Shown one piece after another: positions 1 through 8,512 of a DNA stretch of 59,161 nucleotides; position 1 is the stretch's first letter, and every line of letters begins with the position of its first letter. A program made the translations under genes and the position numbers. Source of the DNA: an uncultured Bacteroidales bacterium (lineage in GTDB: Bacteria > Bacteroidota > Bacteroidia > Bacteroidales > CAIWKO01); assembly GCA_964567775.1 (NCBI GenBank), contig CAZMPB010000001.1:1-59161 (forward strand), written 5' to 3'. The notes under the pieces were generated by a model, which saw nothing but the letters and a program-made list of their open reading frames with translations, made no database searches and was not told the origin of the DNA.

Positions 1-2217
1 CCAACTGTATCCGGAACATTTAACTACACCATTGATCTGACTGGAGGATGCGGAACAATTTCTACAACAGGCACGATCACGGTAATACCAAACAATACTA
101 TTACCCTGACCTCTGCCGTGGGCACCGATGCACAGGTCGTAGGTATCAATACGGCTATAACGAATATTACCTATGCCACCACTGGTGCCACAGGGTCTAC
201 AATAAGCGGTTTACCTGCAGGCGTGACCGGTAGCTGGGCGGCGAATGTGGTGACCATCACCGGCATCCCGACGGTAACCGGAACGTTTACATACACAATA
301 ACTTTAACCGGTGGGTGCGGAATAATCTCCACAACAGGGATGATTACAATAGCTCCGGACAATACCATCACCCTTAGTTCAGCAGTAGGTACCGATGCTC
401 AAACAGTATGCATCAACACGGCCATTACAAATATCACTTATGCTACCACAGGGGCTACGGGAGCTACGATAACAGGATTGCCGGCAGGTGTTACAGGTAA
501 CTGGGCCTCGAATGTCGTAACCATCACCGGGACACCTACCGTATCAGGAATATTTACATACACCATCACTTTAACGGGAGGCTATGGTTCAGTTACGGCA
601 AACGGCACTATAACAGTCACCCCCAACAACACGGCCGCCTTGAGTTCAGCCGCAGGCACTGATGCACAAACAATTTGTCCCAACGTAGCTATCACGAACA
701 TCACCTATTCCACTACAGGGGCTACGGGAGCTACGGTTACCGGGTTACCGGCAGGTGTCACAGGAAGCTGGGCTGCCGGCGTCGTGACCATCAGCGGCGC
801 ACCAACGGCAACAGGAACATTTACCTACACCATCACTTTAACAGGAGGTTGCGGAACGATAACAACAACCGGCACAATAATAGTAAACCCGGGCAATACG
901 ATCGCCTTAAGTTCTGCAGTTGGTACTGATGCACAGACTGTTTGTATCAATACGGTCATCACAAATATCACCTATGTAACTACAGTGGCAACGGGGGCAA
1001 CCGTAACAGGATTACCTGCAGGTGTGACAGGTAGCTGGGCCTCAAATGTTGTGACTATTAGCGGCACACCTTCGGTATCGGGTGTATTTACATACACCAT
1101 CAATTTAACAGGGGGTTGCGGAACAGTATCAGCAACAGGAACAATAACGGTATTGCCAAATAATACGATCACACTGACTGCGGGCGGAACACAGACCAAA
1201 TGTATAAATACAGCGATCACACCAACCACCTATGCTACTACGGGAGCGACCGGAGCAACAATCACGGGGTTACCCGCAGGTGTTAACGGAAACTGGGTCT
1301 CAAATACAGTAACGATAAGCGGTACGCCGACAGTATCCGGAACCTTTACATACACAGTTACGTTGACAGGTGGCTGCGGAACAATAACAACAACCGGAAT
1401 AATAACAGTAACCCCAAACAATACCATAACCCTGACTTCTGCAGCAGGCACAGATGCACAGACCAAATGTATCAACACAGCAATAACAACTATCACCTAT
1501 GCTACTACAGGAGCGACCGGAGCTATTGTCACAGGATTGCCCTCCGGCGTAACAGGAAGCTGGGCATCGAACACGGTAACTATTAACGGGGCATCAACAG
1601 CATCAGGAACATTTGTTTACACAATAACATTGATTGGAGGTTGTGGCAACGTTAATACCACCGGTTCGGTCACATTTAACCCGAATAATACTATTACCCT
1701 GACTTCAGCAGCCGGCACCAACGCACAGACTATATGTATCAATACCGCGTTAACAAATATCACTTATGCTACCACCGGCGCCACGGGAGCTACAATCAGC
1801 GGGTTGCCAACGGGTGTCAACGGAATGTGGGCCGCAAACGTGATAACTTTCAGCGGTACTCCGACGGTATCAGGAACATTTATCTACACGATAAACTTAA
1901 CAGGTGGTTGCGGAATAGTAACAACGACTGGAACGATCATCGTAAGGCCAAACAATACTATATCCCTGACCTCCGCTGCTGGAACCGATGCACAGACAAA
2001 ATGTATCAATTCTGCTATCACGCTTATTACATATTCGACCACAGGAGCCACGGGGGCCACTATTTCCGGATTACCGGCGGGCGTGACAGGAACCTGGGCC
2101 CTGGATGTGGTAGCGATAAGCGGAACACCTACGGCAGCAGGAACATTTACCTATACCGTCACGCTAACAGGTGGTTGCGGAACAATTACAGCAACAGGAA
2201 CGATAACGGTGAACCAG
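1..2217. repeat. Tandem coding repeats of ~267 bp (89 aa): one partial plus eight full units, one of them 258 bp
   Basis: The boundary motif P(N/D/G)NT(I/A)(T/A/S)L(T/S)S..GTDAQT.C recurs near nt 88, 354, 621, 888, 1155, 1413, 1681 and 1948. Every unit ends ...FTYTITLTGGCG. Each unit has two Cys. Confidence 0.85.
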
Positions 2218-3498
2218 AATGTGTTACCCACGTTTACAGCTATCGGGCCAATTTGCGCGAATGATACCCTGGCGCCACTGCCAACAACTTCAAATAATGG
2301 CATAACCGGTACCTGGTCGCCAGCTTTAAACAATACGGATACAACAACGTACACATTCACCCCAACATCAGGACTATGTGCCCTGACTACAACGATGACG
2401 ATCATCGTTAACCCGAACATTCTTCCGACATTTACTGCAATAGCACCAATCTGTTCGGGGGACACCCAATTACCTCTGCCAACAACATCAAATAACGGAA
2501 TTACAGGCACATGGAATCCTGCACTGGACAATACAACAACGACCACTTATACTTTTACGCCCACACCGGGACTTTGTGCAACAACGGCAACACTAACTAT
2601 TACTGTATATCCGGTTTACAATACCAACAATCCTCAAACAATCTGCTTCGGGCAATCCTATACGTTCAATTCACACACCTATACAACGACGGGAACATAC
2701 ATAGATACGCTCACAAGCGTTAACGGTTGCGATTCATTAATTACCACCAACCTGATCGTAAATCCCCTGCCGGTCATTACATTTAATCCCGACCCGGCTA
2801 TCGTTTGCCTGGGAGATTCACTTTCGATCCTGGCAAGCGGAGCCTCTACCTATTCATGGTCGCCAGGTTCGGGCTTGAACACAACGTCCGGCAACTATGT
2901 GATCGCTAACCCGACAACAACAACGACATATACGGTCATCGGATATGACGGAAATTTATGTTCTTCATCTGCAAGTCTGCAGGTTTATGTGGCGCCCATT
3001 CCTGTGGTGGATATCACCACCGAAAACCCAACGGTTTGTCCTGGAAACTTCATAAATCTCAACGCCACACCGGGATTTAGTACTTATTACTGGACCGAGG
3101 GAGGAGATAATGATTATACATCGGTGAATCACGGGGGACTATTTTTTGTACAGATATGGGATTCTCTGAATTGTACTTCTTATGACAGCATTTATATTGA
3201 GGAGGAATGCGAAACCACAATTTATATACCCAATGCGTTCACGCCTAATGGCGACGGGCTGAATGATTACTTCAACATTATTGGTGAAAATATTAAATCA
3301 CTGGAAATCTCGATATACACCAGGTGGGGCGAGGAAATATTTCACACGGATGACATGTCTGTATCATGGGATGGTAAATACAAGGGGGCAACGGTGCCTC
3401 AGGGAATATATACATGGTATATTGAATATGAAACTTATTATGTGAAAATGATAACGAACACGCAATCCCGCACGGGCATTGTAACTGTGATCAGGTAA
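1..3498 (+). CDS. 5'-truncated repeat-rich cell-surface protein with C-terminal T9SS type-B sorting domain (gliding-motility-associated CTD)
   Basis: Frame 1 is open from base 1 (PTVSGTFNYTIDLTGGCG...), so the ATG at 118 is internal. The body is built of 89-aa repeats. The C-terminus IYIPNAFTPNGDGLNDYF...WDGKYKG..VPQGIYTWYI fits the CHU_C/type-B T9SS CTD signature as I remember it. Confidence 0.85.
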   Translation, partial: PTVSGTFNYTIDLTGGCGTISTTGTITVIPNNTITLTSAVGTDAQVVGINTAITNITYATTGATGSTISGLPAGVTGSWAANVVTITGIPTVTGTFTYTITLTGGCGIISTTGMITIAPDNTITLSSAVGTDAQTVCINTAITNITYATTGATGATITGLPAGVTGNWASNVVTITGTPTVSGIFTYTITLTGGYGSVTANGTITVTPNNTAALSSAAGTDAQTICPNVAITNITYSTTGATGATVTGLPAGVTGSWAAGVVTISGAPTATGTFTYTITLTGGCGTITTTGTIIVNPGNTIALSSAVGTDAQTVCINTVITNITYVTTVATGATVTGLPAGVTGSWASNVVTISGTPSVSGVFTYTINLTGGCGTVSATGTITVLPNNTITLTAGGTQTKCINTAITPTTYATTGATGATITGLPAGVNGNWVSNTVTISGTPTVSGTFTYTVTLTGGCGTITTTGIITVTPNNTITLTSAAGTDAQTKCINTAITTITYATTGATGAIVTGLPSGVTGSWASNTVTINGASTASGTFVYTITLIGGCGNVNTTGSVTFNPNNTITLTSAAGTNAQTICINTALTNITYATTGATGATISGLPTGVNGMWAANVITFSGTPTVSGTFIYTINLTGGCGIVTTTGTIIVRPNNTISLTSAAGTDAQTKCINSAITLITYSTTGATGATISGLPAGVTGTWALDVVAISGTPTAAGTFTYTVTLTGGCGTITATGTITVNQNVLPTFTAIGPICANDTLAPLPTTSNNGITGTWSPALNNTDTTTYTFTPTSGLCALTTTMTIIVNPNILPTFTAIAPICSGDTQLPLPTTSNNGITGTWNPALDNTTTTTYTFTPTPGLCATTATLTITVYPVYNTNNPQTICFGQSYTFNSHTYTTTGTYIDTLTSVNGCDSLITTNLIVNPLPVITFNPDPAIVCLGDSLSILASGASTYSWSPGSGLNTTSGNYVIANPTTTTTYTVIGYDGNLCSSSASLQVYVAPIPVVDITTENPTVCPGNFINLNATPGFSTYYWTEGGDNDYTSVNHGGLFFVQIWDSLNCTSYDSIYIEEECETTIYIPNAFTPNGDGLNDYFNIIGENIKSLEISIYTRWGEEIFHTDDMSVSWDGKYKGATVPQGIYTWYIEYETYYVKMITNTQSRTGIVTVIR
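2218..2613. repeat. Two tandem 198-bp (66-aa) coding repeats of a second type
   Basis: NVLPTFTAIGPICANDTLAPLPTTSNNGITGTWSPALNNTDTTTYTFTPTSGLCALTTTMTIIVNP is followed directly by NILPTFTAIAPICSGDTQLPLPTTSNNGITGTWNPALDNTTTTTYTFTPTPGLCATTATLTITVYP. Confidence 0.8.
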
Positions 3499-3687
3499 AA
3501 AATATTTTACCTTATGTACAATCAGTTTAGCTTTAATGGATGACTATATTTGAATAAATGGCTTAGAAACACTTTCTTAATGGTACACAAAAAAATAAAA
3601 TTCTATATTGCTTTTCTGCCATTATCCCAAAATAGTTTTTACATTAAAAGAGGTCAAATCTTTTAAAAAATTGAAGTTGGTTTTTTT

Positions 3688-3695
3688 TATTTTTG
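3688..3695 (+). promoter_or_regulatory. Candidate Bacteroidota sigma-A -7 box (TAnnTTTG)
   Basis: tatttttg lies 20 nt upstream of the ATG at 3715, at the end of a 216-bp AT-rich gap after the surface-protein gene. Confidence 0.4.
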
Positions 3696-3714
3696 TAGTT
3701 TTTATTAGCGCCTA

Positions 3715-4611
3715 ATGAGGTTATCTATTCTCCTAATTTCTTATAATCAGCAGAAATATCTAAAAGAGAGCCTTGACAGTATATTCCGTCAGGACATTCC
3801 ATTTGATTATGAAATCATTGTTGCTGATGATCATTCGGCAGATGATAGTGTTTCCATTATTGAATCAAGATTAAAAATGGAAAATTGCTCCTATAAAATA
3901 TTGCCGTCAACAGTAAATATTGGAATTTCAAAAAATTATCAAAGAGCATTTGCAGAATGTACCGGGGAATATATCGCTATCTTAGAGGCTGATGACTATT
4001 GGACCGATGTACAAAGGTTGAAGAAACACATAGCGTTTTTAGACAATCATCAGGAGTGCGTGATGAGTTATAACAGATTTACATATTATTTTGAGGATAA
4101 AAAAGATTTTTATTTGTCTCAATGGACCGGTGACGGAGATGTTGAATATTTCACAACTGCCCGGTTAGCAAAGGGAAACAATATTGTAAATCTGTCCGCC
4201 TGTGTTTTGCGGAATTCGGCAGTAAAGAAATTACCACAAGGACTGTTTGAGATGAAAATAGCCGACTGGATGCTGGGAATGGCAATAGGGTTGCATGGAC
4301 CATTGGCAAGATTAAAAGACCCGATGTCGGTATATAGAATTGGTAGTGATGGCGAGTGGGCAAAGATGAGCAGCAGGGAAAAAAACCTAAACACCATAGA
4401 ACTTATAGATATTTATAATAAATTTTTTCAGTATAAATTTAACGAAGAATTCACTGAACATAAAAACAGGTTATTATTAGCAGAACAAAAACATACGCAA
4501 ACCATGTCAAAAGATGCTGATCATGGGCGTTTTTTTTTAAGATCCTTTATCAGGCGGCTAATCCCGGTCAGGATGCGAAAATATATCAAACAAATATTAA
4601 AGTTGAAATAA
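3715..4611 (+). CDS. Glycosyltransferase family 2
   Basis: N-terminal LSILLISYNQQKYLKESLDSIFRQD...IIVADDHSADDS and the EADDYW motif. It is a paralog of the 10092 gene (shared (E/C)(A/G)DDYWTD...L.KH..F). Confidence 0.85.
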   Translation: MRLSILLISYNQQKYLKESLDSIFRQDIPFDYEIIVADDHSADDSVSIIESRLKMENCSYKILPSTVNIGISKNYQRAFAECTGEYIAILEADDYWTDVQRLKKHIAFLDNHQECVMSYNRFTYYFEDKKDFYLSQWTGDGDVEYFTTARLAKGNNIVNLSACVLRNSAVKKLPQGLFEMKIADWMLGMAIGLHGPLARLKDPMSVYRIGSDGEWAKMSSREKNLNTIELIDIYNKFFQYKFNEEFTEHKNRLLLAEQKHTQTMSKDADHGRFFLRSFIRRLIPVRMRKYIKQILKLK

Positions 4612-4612
4612 T

Positions 4613-5722
4613 ATGGAACAAAAAATATACGTTACCCATCCATTTCTCCCCCCACTGGAAGAATTTAATGAGTATCTCAAAGAAATATGGACCAGTGGCC
4701 AACTGACCAATAACGGAAAATTTCATCAACAATTGGAACAGGAGTTATGCGCTTATCTCGGGGTAAAATATATTTCTCTCTTTGCAAACGGAACATTAGC
4801 CCTGATTACCGCCTTGCAGGCCATGGAAATAAAAGGGGAGGTTATCACCACACCCTATAGTTTCGTGGCAACAGCACATTCACTGATATGGAACGGCATT
4901 ACCCCCGTATTTGTAGATATTGACCCGGTTTATGGAAATATTGACCCGCAAAAAATTGAAGCAGCCATTACCGATAAAACCAGTGCGATTTTGCCGGTGC
5001 ACGTGTATGGTAATCCCTGCACTCATACTAAAATTGAAAAAATCGCCAAAAAACATAAGCTAAAATTAATTTATGATGCCGCCCATGCCTTTGGAGTAAA
5101 ACAGAATGACGAAAGCATCCTGAATTTTGGAGATCTGTCGGTACTGAGTTTTCATGCCACTAAAGTTTTTCATACCCTGGAAGGCGGAGCTATTATCTGT
5201 CATGCTCCTGAAATGAAAGAGCATATCGACAACCTGAAAAATTTCGGGTTCCGTAATTATAAGGTCGTTTCCCTGGGAATAAATGCAAAAATGAACGAAA
5301 TGCAAGCGGCCATGGGCTTGTTACAACTCAAATACATTGATACCGCTATAGAAAAACGAAAAGCCGTCAACAATTTTTATTGCAGACAGCTAAACGATGT
5401 GAAAGGAATCCGCTTGTTGCCCGCCTTGCCGAACGTGCAATACAATTACTCCTATTTTCCGATTTTTGTTGATAAAGCAATATATGGCAAAAGCAGGGAT
5501 GAGCTTTTCGAAAAACTGGAAAAACATAATATTTACGGAAGACGATATTTTTACCCCCTGATAGGTCAGTTTCCCTCTTACAGGGAATTGGATTCCTCAC
5601 AACCAGGCAAAACGCCTGCTGCTGAAAAAATTGCTGAACAGGTGATTTGCCTGCCAATTTACCCTGATCTGGAAAATAATATGGTAAGCCTCATATGCGA
5701 AATTATAAAAAATAAATTTTAA
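4613..5722 (+). CDS. DegT/DnrJ/EryC1/StrS-family PLP-dependent sugar aminotransferase
   Basis: Family-typical layout: LTNNGKFHQQLEQELCAYLG, ANGTLAL, and the PLP-lysine context LSFHATKVF. Starts 2 nt after the upstream stop. Confidence 0.85.
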   Translation: MEQKIYVTHPFLPPLEEFNEYLKEIWTSGQLTNNGKFHQQLEQELCAYLGVKYISLFANGTLALITALQAMEIKGEVITTPYSFVATAHSLIWNGITPVFVDIDPVYGNIDPQKIEAAITDKTSAILPVHVYGNPCTHTKIEKIAKKHKLKLIYDAAHAFGVKQNDESILNFGDLSVLSFHATKVFHTLEGGAIICHAPEMKEHIDNLKNFGFRNYKVVSLGINAKMNEMQAAMGLLQLKYIDTAIEKRKAVNNFYCRQLNDVKGIRLLPALPNVQYNYSYFPIFVDKAIYGKSRDELFEKLEKHNIYGRRYFYPLIGQFPSYRELDSSQPGKTPAAEKIAEQVICLPIYPDLENNMVSLICEIIKNKF

Positions 5723-6097
5723 TGGGTTTAGTCGAAATGAGTAAGAGATTGAAGTTTTGTCACCTACAAAAACCCAATATAAGATTAAGAACCTGTTTTG
5801 ATTTTTTTAAGATAAGTATAATAAAAGATTTTTCCGGTCAGGCTGAGCCGAAACTCCTTCCACTGTCGTTTCAGGAGTTTCGTGTCGAAGTCGGCCGGAG
5901 GGTAATCAAAAAAATCTCTTACCTGCGAGTCCCACTTCGACACGTTGTTCAGAAATTATGTGCGAAAATAAAGTTACCATCGAAACAACGGCTCTGTGTG
6001 ACTCGAGTTTTTCAGATCAGATGGGGACAAAAAATCAAATTGAAAACAGTTTCTAATTCCCTGACCACCTAAACACATATGTAATTGACAACTCACT

Positions 6098-6784
6098 ATG
6101 CTGATAAAAAGAATTACTACTAAAATTTTCAAAACAATTAAAAGCATCATTTTTAATATTGAGGGCTTTTTTATTGGGTTATTTCACAAAAAGGATATTT
6201 TACGGGATGTTGAGAACAGAACCTATGAAACTATTGTGATCGGCAACCAGGAATGGATGTTAGAGAATCTTTGCACCGGCAAATTTGCAAATGGCGATCT
6301 GCTGCAGTTTATTGATAATGATGATGAATGGCAATTGGCCGGCAAGAATGGTATTCCGGCCTGGAGCTATTTTAATGACGATCCCTGCTCTGAAATAAAA
6401 TATGGCAAATTGTACAACTGGCATGCGGTCAATGATCCGCGTGGGCTGGCGCCTGATGGCTGGCATATACCAACCGATGAAGATTGGTGCGCAATGATAT
6501 CTTTTCTTGGCGGGGAAAAAACTGCAGGAAAAAAATTGAAAAGCCGGCGGGGCTGGAAGAATGAGGGAAATGGCTCTGACAAGAGCGGATTCAATGCTTT
6601 GCCGGGAGGGTACAGGGACCCTGACGGATGGTTCGGAAACGGCGGATTTGGACGATGGTGGTCTTCCACAGAAGAGTCGGACGGTAAGGCATGGCGTTTC
6701 AGGCTGGGTTATGATAACGAAACTATTGACCGTTATAATGGCCCAAAAGGATACGGTTTTTCCATACGATGTATCAAGAATTAA
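6098..6784 (+). CDS. FISUMP (Fibrobacter succinogenes major paralogous) domain protein
   Basis: IGNQEWMLENL, YGKLYNWHAV, APDGWHIPTDEDW, GFNALPGGYR, WWSSTE and GFSIRC are the hallmarks of TIGR02145-type domains as I recall them. The exact start is uncertain. Confidence 0.75.
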   Translation: MLIKRITTKIFKTIKSIIFNIEGFFIGLFHKKDILRDVENRTYETIVIGNQEWMLENLCTGKFANGDLLQFIDNDDEWQLAGKNGIPAWSYFNDDPCSEIKYGKLYNWHAVNDPRGLAPDGWHIPTDEDWCAMISFLGGEKTAGKKLKSRRGWKNEGNGSDKSGFNALPGGYRDPDGWFGNGGFGRWWSSTEESDGKAWRFRLGYDNETIDRYNGPKGYGFSIRCIKN

Positions 6785-6813
6785 TGACATACCGGTTTAT
6801 GTCAAAAAATCAG

Positions 6814-6821
6814 TAACTTTG
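6814..6821 (+). promoter_or_regulatory. Candidate -7 box (TAnnTTTG) overlapping a 16-bp perfect palindrome
   Basis: taactttg lies 25 nt upstream of the ATG at 6846. The palindrome tttgcattaatgcaaa spans 6818-6833. Confidence 0.4.
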
Positions 6822-6845
6822 CATTAATGCAAAAATCTGAAAAAG

Positions 6846-7484
6846 ATGAAAAATTTAATAATAATCGGCGCACGCGGCTATGGCAGGGTGATCTATAACT
6901 TAGCCATATCGTGCAAAGGATATAACAATGAATACGTCATCAAAGGTTTTTTAGATGACAAGTCCGACGCGCTGAATGGTGCTGCTGCTTATCCTCCCGT
7001 TATTTCCTCTGTTGAAGATTATGTTGTACAGCAGGATGATGTTTTTGTCTGTGCATTGGGAGACGTGGAATTCAAAAAGAAATATACCGAAATGATACTT
7101 CTGAAAGGCGGTGAGTTCATCAGCCTGGTACATCCGACGGCAAACATAAGCACTAACTCGGTTTACGGCAAGGGCTGCCTTATTTCTTTTAATGCCTTTA
7201 TTTCGGCCGATGCACATATCGGCGATCATGTAACCATACAGCCTTTTACCATGGTGGGACATAATTCTGAGGTGGGAAACTGGTGCCACCTGGATACCCA
7301 CATGTTCCTCGGCGGATATGTCCGGCTTGAAGATGAGGTTACGGTGCATACAGGCGCTATTATCCATCCTCATAAAAAAGTAGGACGCGGGGCTACTGTG
7401 GGCGCCGGGGCTGTTGTTCTCAGAAATGTCAAAGAATACACTACGGTTTTTGGAAACCCCGCCATGAAATTAAAAACAGAATAA
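6846..7484 (+). CDS. NeuD/PglB/VioB-family sugar N-acyltransferase (left-handed beta-helix)
   Basis: N-terminal Rossmann-like MKNLIIIGARGYGRVI followed by hexapeptide repeats (IGDHVTIQPFTMVGHNSEVGNWCHL...VGRGATVGAGAVV). Confidence 0.8.
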   Translation: MKNLIIIGARGYGRVIYNLAISCKGYNNEYVIKGFLDDKSDALNGAAAYPPVISSVEDYVVQQDDVFVCALGDVEFKKKYTEMILLKGGEFISLVHPTANISTNSVYGKGCLISFNAFISADAHIGDHVTIQPFTMVGHNSEVGNWCHLDTHMFLGGYVRLEDEVTVHTGAIIHPHKKVGRGATVGAGAVVLRNVKEYTTVFGNPAMKLKTE

Positions 7485-7502
7485 CTATTAATTATTATAA
7501 AA

Positions 7503-7739
7503 ATGGAACTTAAAGATTTTGTGCAAAACTTTGCTGAACAGTTTGATGAAACGGACATAAGTGAATTCAGTGCCAACACAGCGTTTCGGACTATTAATGA
7601 ATGGTCGTCGCTGGTTGCCCTGAATATTATCGCCATGGTCGACGACGAATACGATGTCCAGATCAAGGCCGACGATATCCGGAGTTCTACCACCATTGAA
7701 GACCTGTACAACATTGTAAAAACAAAAATGCAACAATAA
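7503..7739 (+). CDS. Acyl carrier protein-like (78 aa)
   Basis: Size and acidic helical pattern fit an ACP. The candidate phosphopantetheine Ser is in NEWSSLVALNII. The gene lies between an acyltransferase and a KAS III gene. Confidence 0.65.
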   Translation: MELKDFVQNFAEQFDETDISEFSANTAFRTINEWSSLVALNIIAMVDDEYDVQIKADDIRSSTTIEDLYNIVKTKMQQ

Positions 7740-7786
7740 ATTTAAAAGTGCTTTTCAACCATGCCTGCCGTTCGGCAGTTCAGGAA

Positions 7787-7867
7787 GCCTTTGCGCGCTT
7801 TTGTGGTAAAAAAAAGAAAACCACGAAGTCGAACGAAGTACAGTCACAAAGGGACACAAAGGAAAAA
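7787..7867. repeat. Hairpin repeat unit U1 of the GxxExxY-associated family
   Basis: gcctttgcgcgcttttgtggtaaaaaaaagaaaaccacgaagt..acgaagtaca.tcacaaagggacacaaaggaaaaa. It has an inner stem gtggt/accac and an outer cctttg.g/cacaaagg complementarity. Confidence 0.7.
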
Positions 7868-7905
7868 TAAATTAAATATCAAAAAATGATTCATGTCACC
7901 CTTTG

Positions 7906-8002
7906 AGCGCCTTTGTGTAACGCCTTAGTGCGCCTTAGTGGTAAAAAGGTAAAACCACGAAGTATCACGAAGTACATTCACAAAGGGACACGAAGGAAAA
8001 AA
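7906..8002. repeat. Hairpin repeat unit U2, immediately 5' of the GxxExxY gene
   Basis: Same consensus as U1 and U3, with an internal 10-nt tandem duplication cgccttagtg cgccttagtg. It ends 12 nt before the ATG at 8014. Confidence 0.7.
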
Positions 8003-8013
8003 TAATTTATGTT

Positions 8014-8385
8014 ATGAATATTGAAGAGGTTTTTAAGAAAGTATTGGATTGTTGTTATCGCGTTCACAATGCATTGGGTCCTGGATTATTAGAAAGTGCT
8101 TATGAAGAGTGTTTGTATTACGAACTTATTCAAGCTGGATTAAAAGTTGAAAAACAAAAACACTTGCCGCTAATTTATAAAGAAGTAAAACTTGATGTTG
8201 GGTACCGGGTTGATCTGTTGGTGGAAAATTGTGTCATTGTTGAATTAAAGTCAGTTGAAGCCTTATGCGACATCCATATGGCAATAATACTTACCTACTT
8301 AAAGCTTTCTGGTTGTAAATTAGGTTTGCTGGCAAACTTTAACGTTCAACATTTAAAAGATGGATTAAAAAGAGTAATTTTATAA
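8014..8385 (+). CDS. GxxExxY protein (PD-(D/E)XK nuclease superfamily, PDDEXK_3-like)
   Basis: GPGLLESAYEECLYYEL carries the G-x-x-E-x-x-Y motif. RVDLLVENCVIVELK is the D...E.K nuclease-like core. 123 aa is the typical size. Confidence 0.85.
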   Translation: MNIEEVFKKVLDCCYRVHNALGPGLLESAYEECLYYELIQAGLKVEKQKHLPLIYKEVKLDVGYRVDLLVENCVIVELKSVEALCDIHMAIILTYLKLSGCKLGLLANFNVQHLKDGLKRVIL

Positions 8386-8394
8386 TCATTAACA

Positions 8395-8495
8395 ACACTT
8401 TGTGGTACTTAGTGTTACCCTTAGTGCGCCTTTGTGGTAAAAAAAGAAAACCACGATTAGCACGAAGTACATTCACAAAGGGACACGAAGGAAAA
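8395..8495. repeat. Hairpin repeat unit U3, immediately 3' of the GxxExxY gene
   Basis: ...ccttagtgcgcctttgtggtaaaaaaagaaaaccacgattagcacgaagtacattcacaaagggacacgaaggaaaaa is nearly identical to U2 over its 3' half. Confidence 0.7.
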
Positions 8496-8512
8496 ATTAA
8501 CTAAATTAAAAT

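Noticed and set aside
171-2546. Many 60-176 aa ORFs on both strands inside the surface-protein gene (171-371, 675-929, 972-1229, 1230-1496, 1734-2264, 2151-2546).
   Set aside because: They are shadows of the 267-bp coding repeats. They are periodic, low-complexity and fully nested in a 1165-codon frame that ends in a recognisable T9SS CTD.
5722-6072. 116-aa ORF after the aminotransferase gene.
   Set aside because: The region is a chain of stem-loops. The translation is basic and Cys-rich with no family resemblance. It is treated as non-coding structured DNA.
6260-6790. 176-aa antisense ORF opposite the FISUMP gene.
   Set aside because: The plus-strand frame carries several unmistakable FISUMP motifs, and the antisense product is Pro/Arg/Ser-rich low-complexity.
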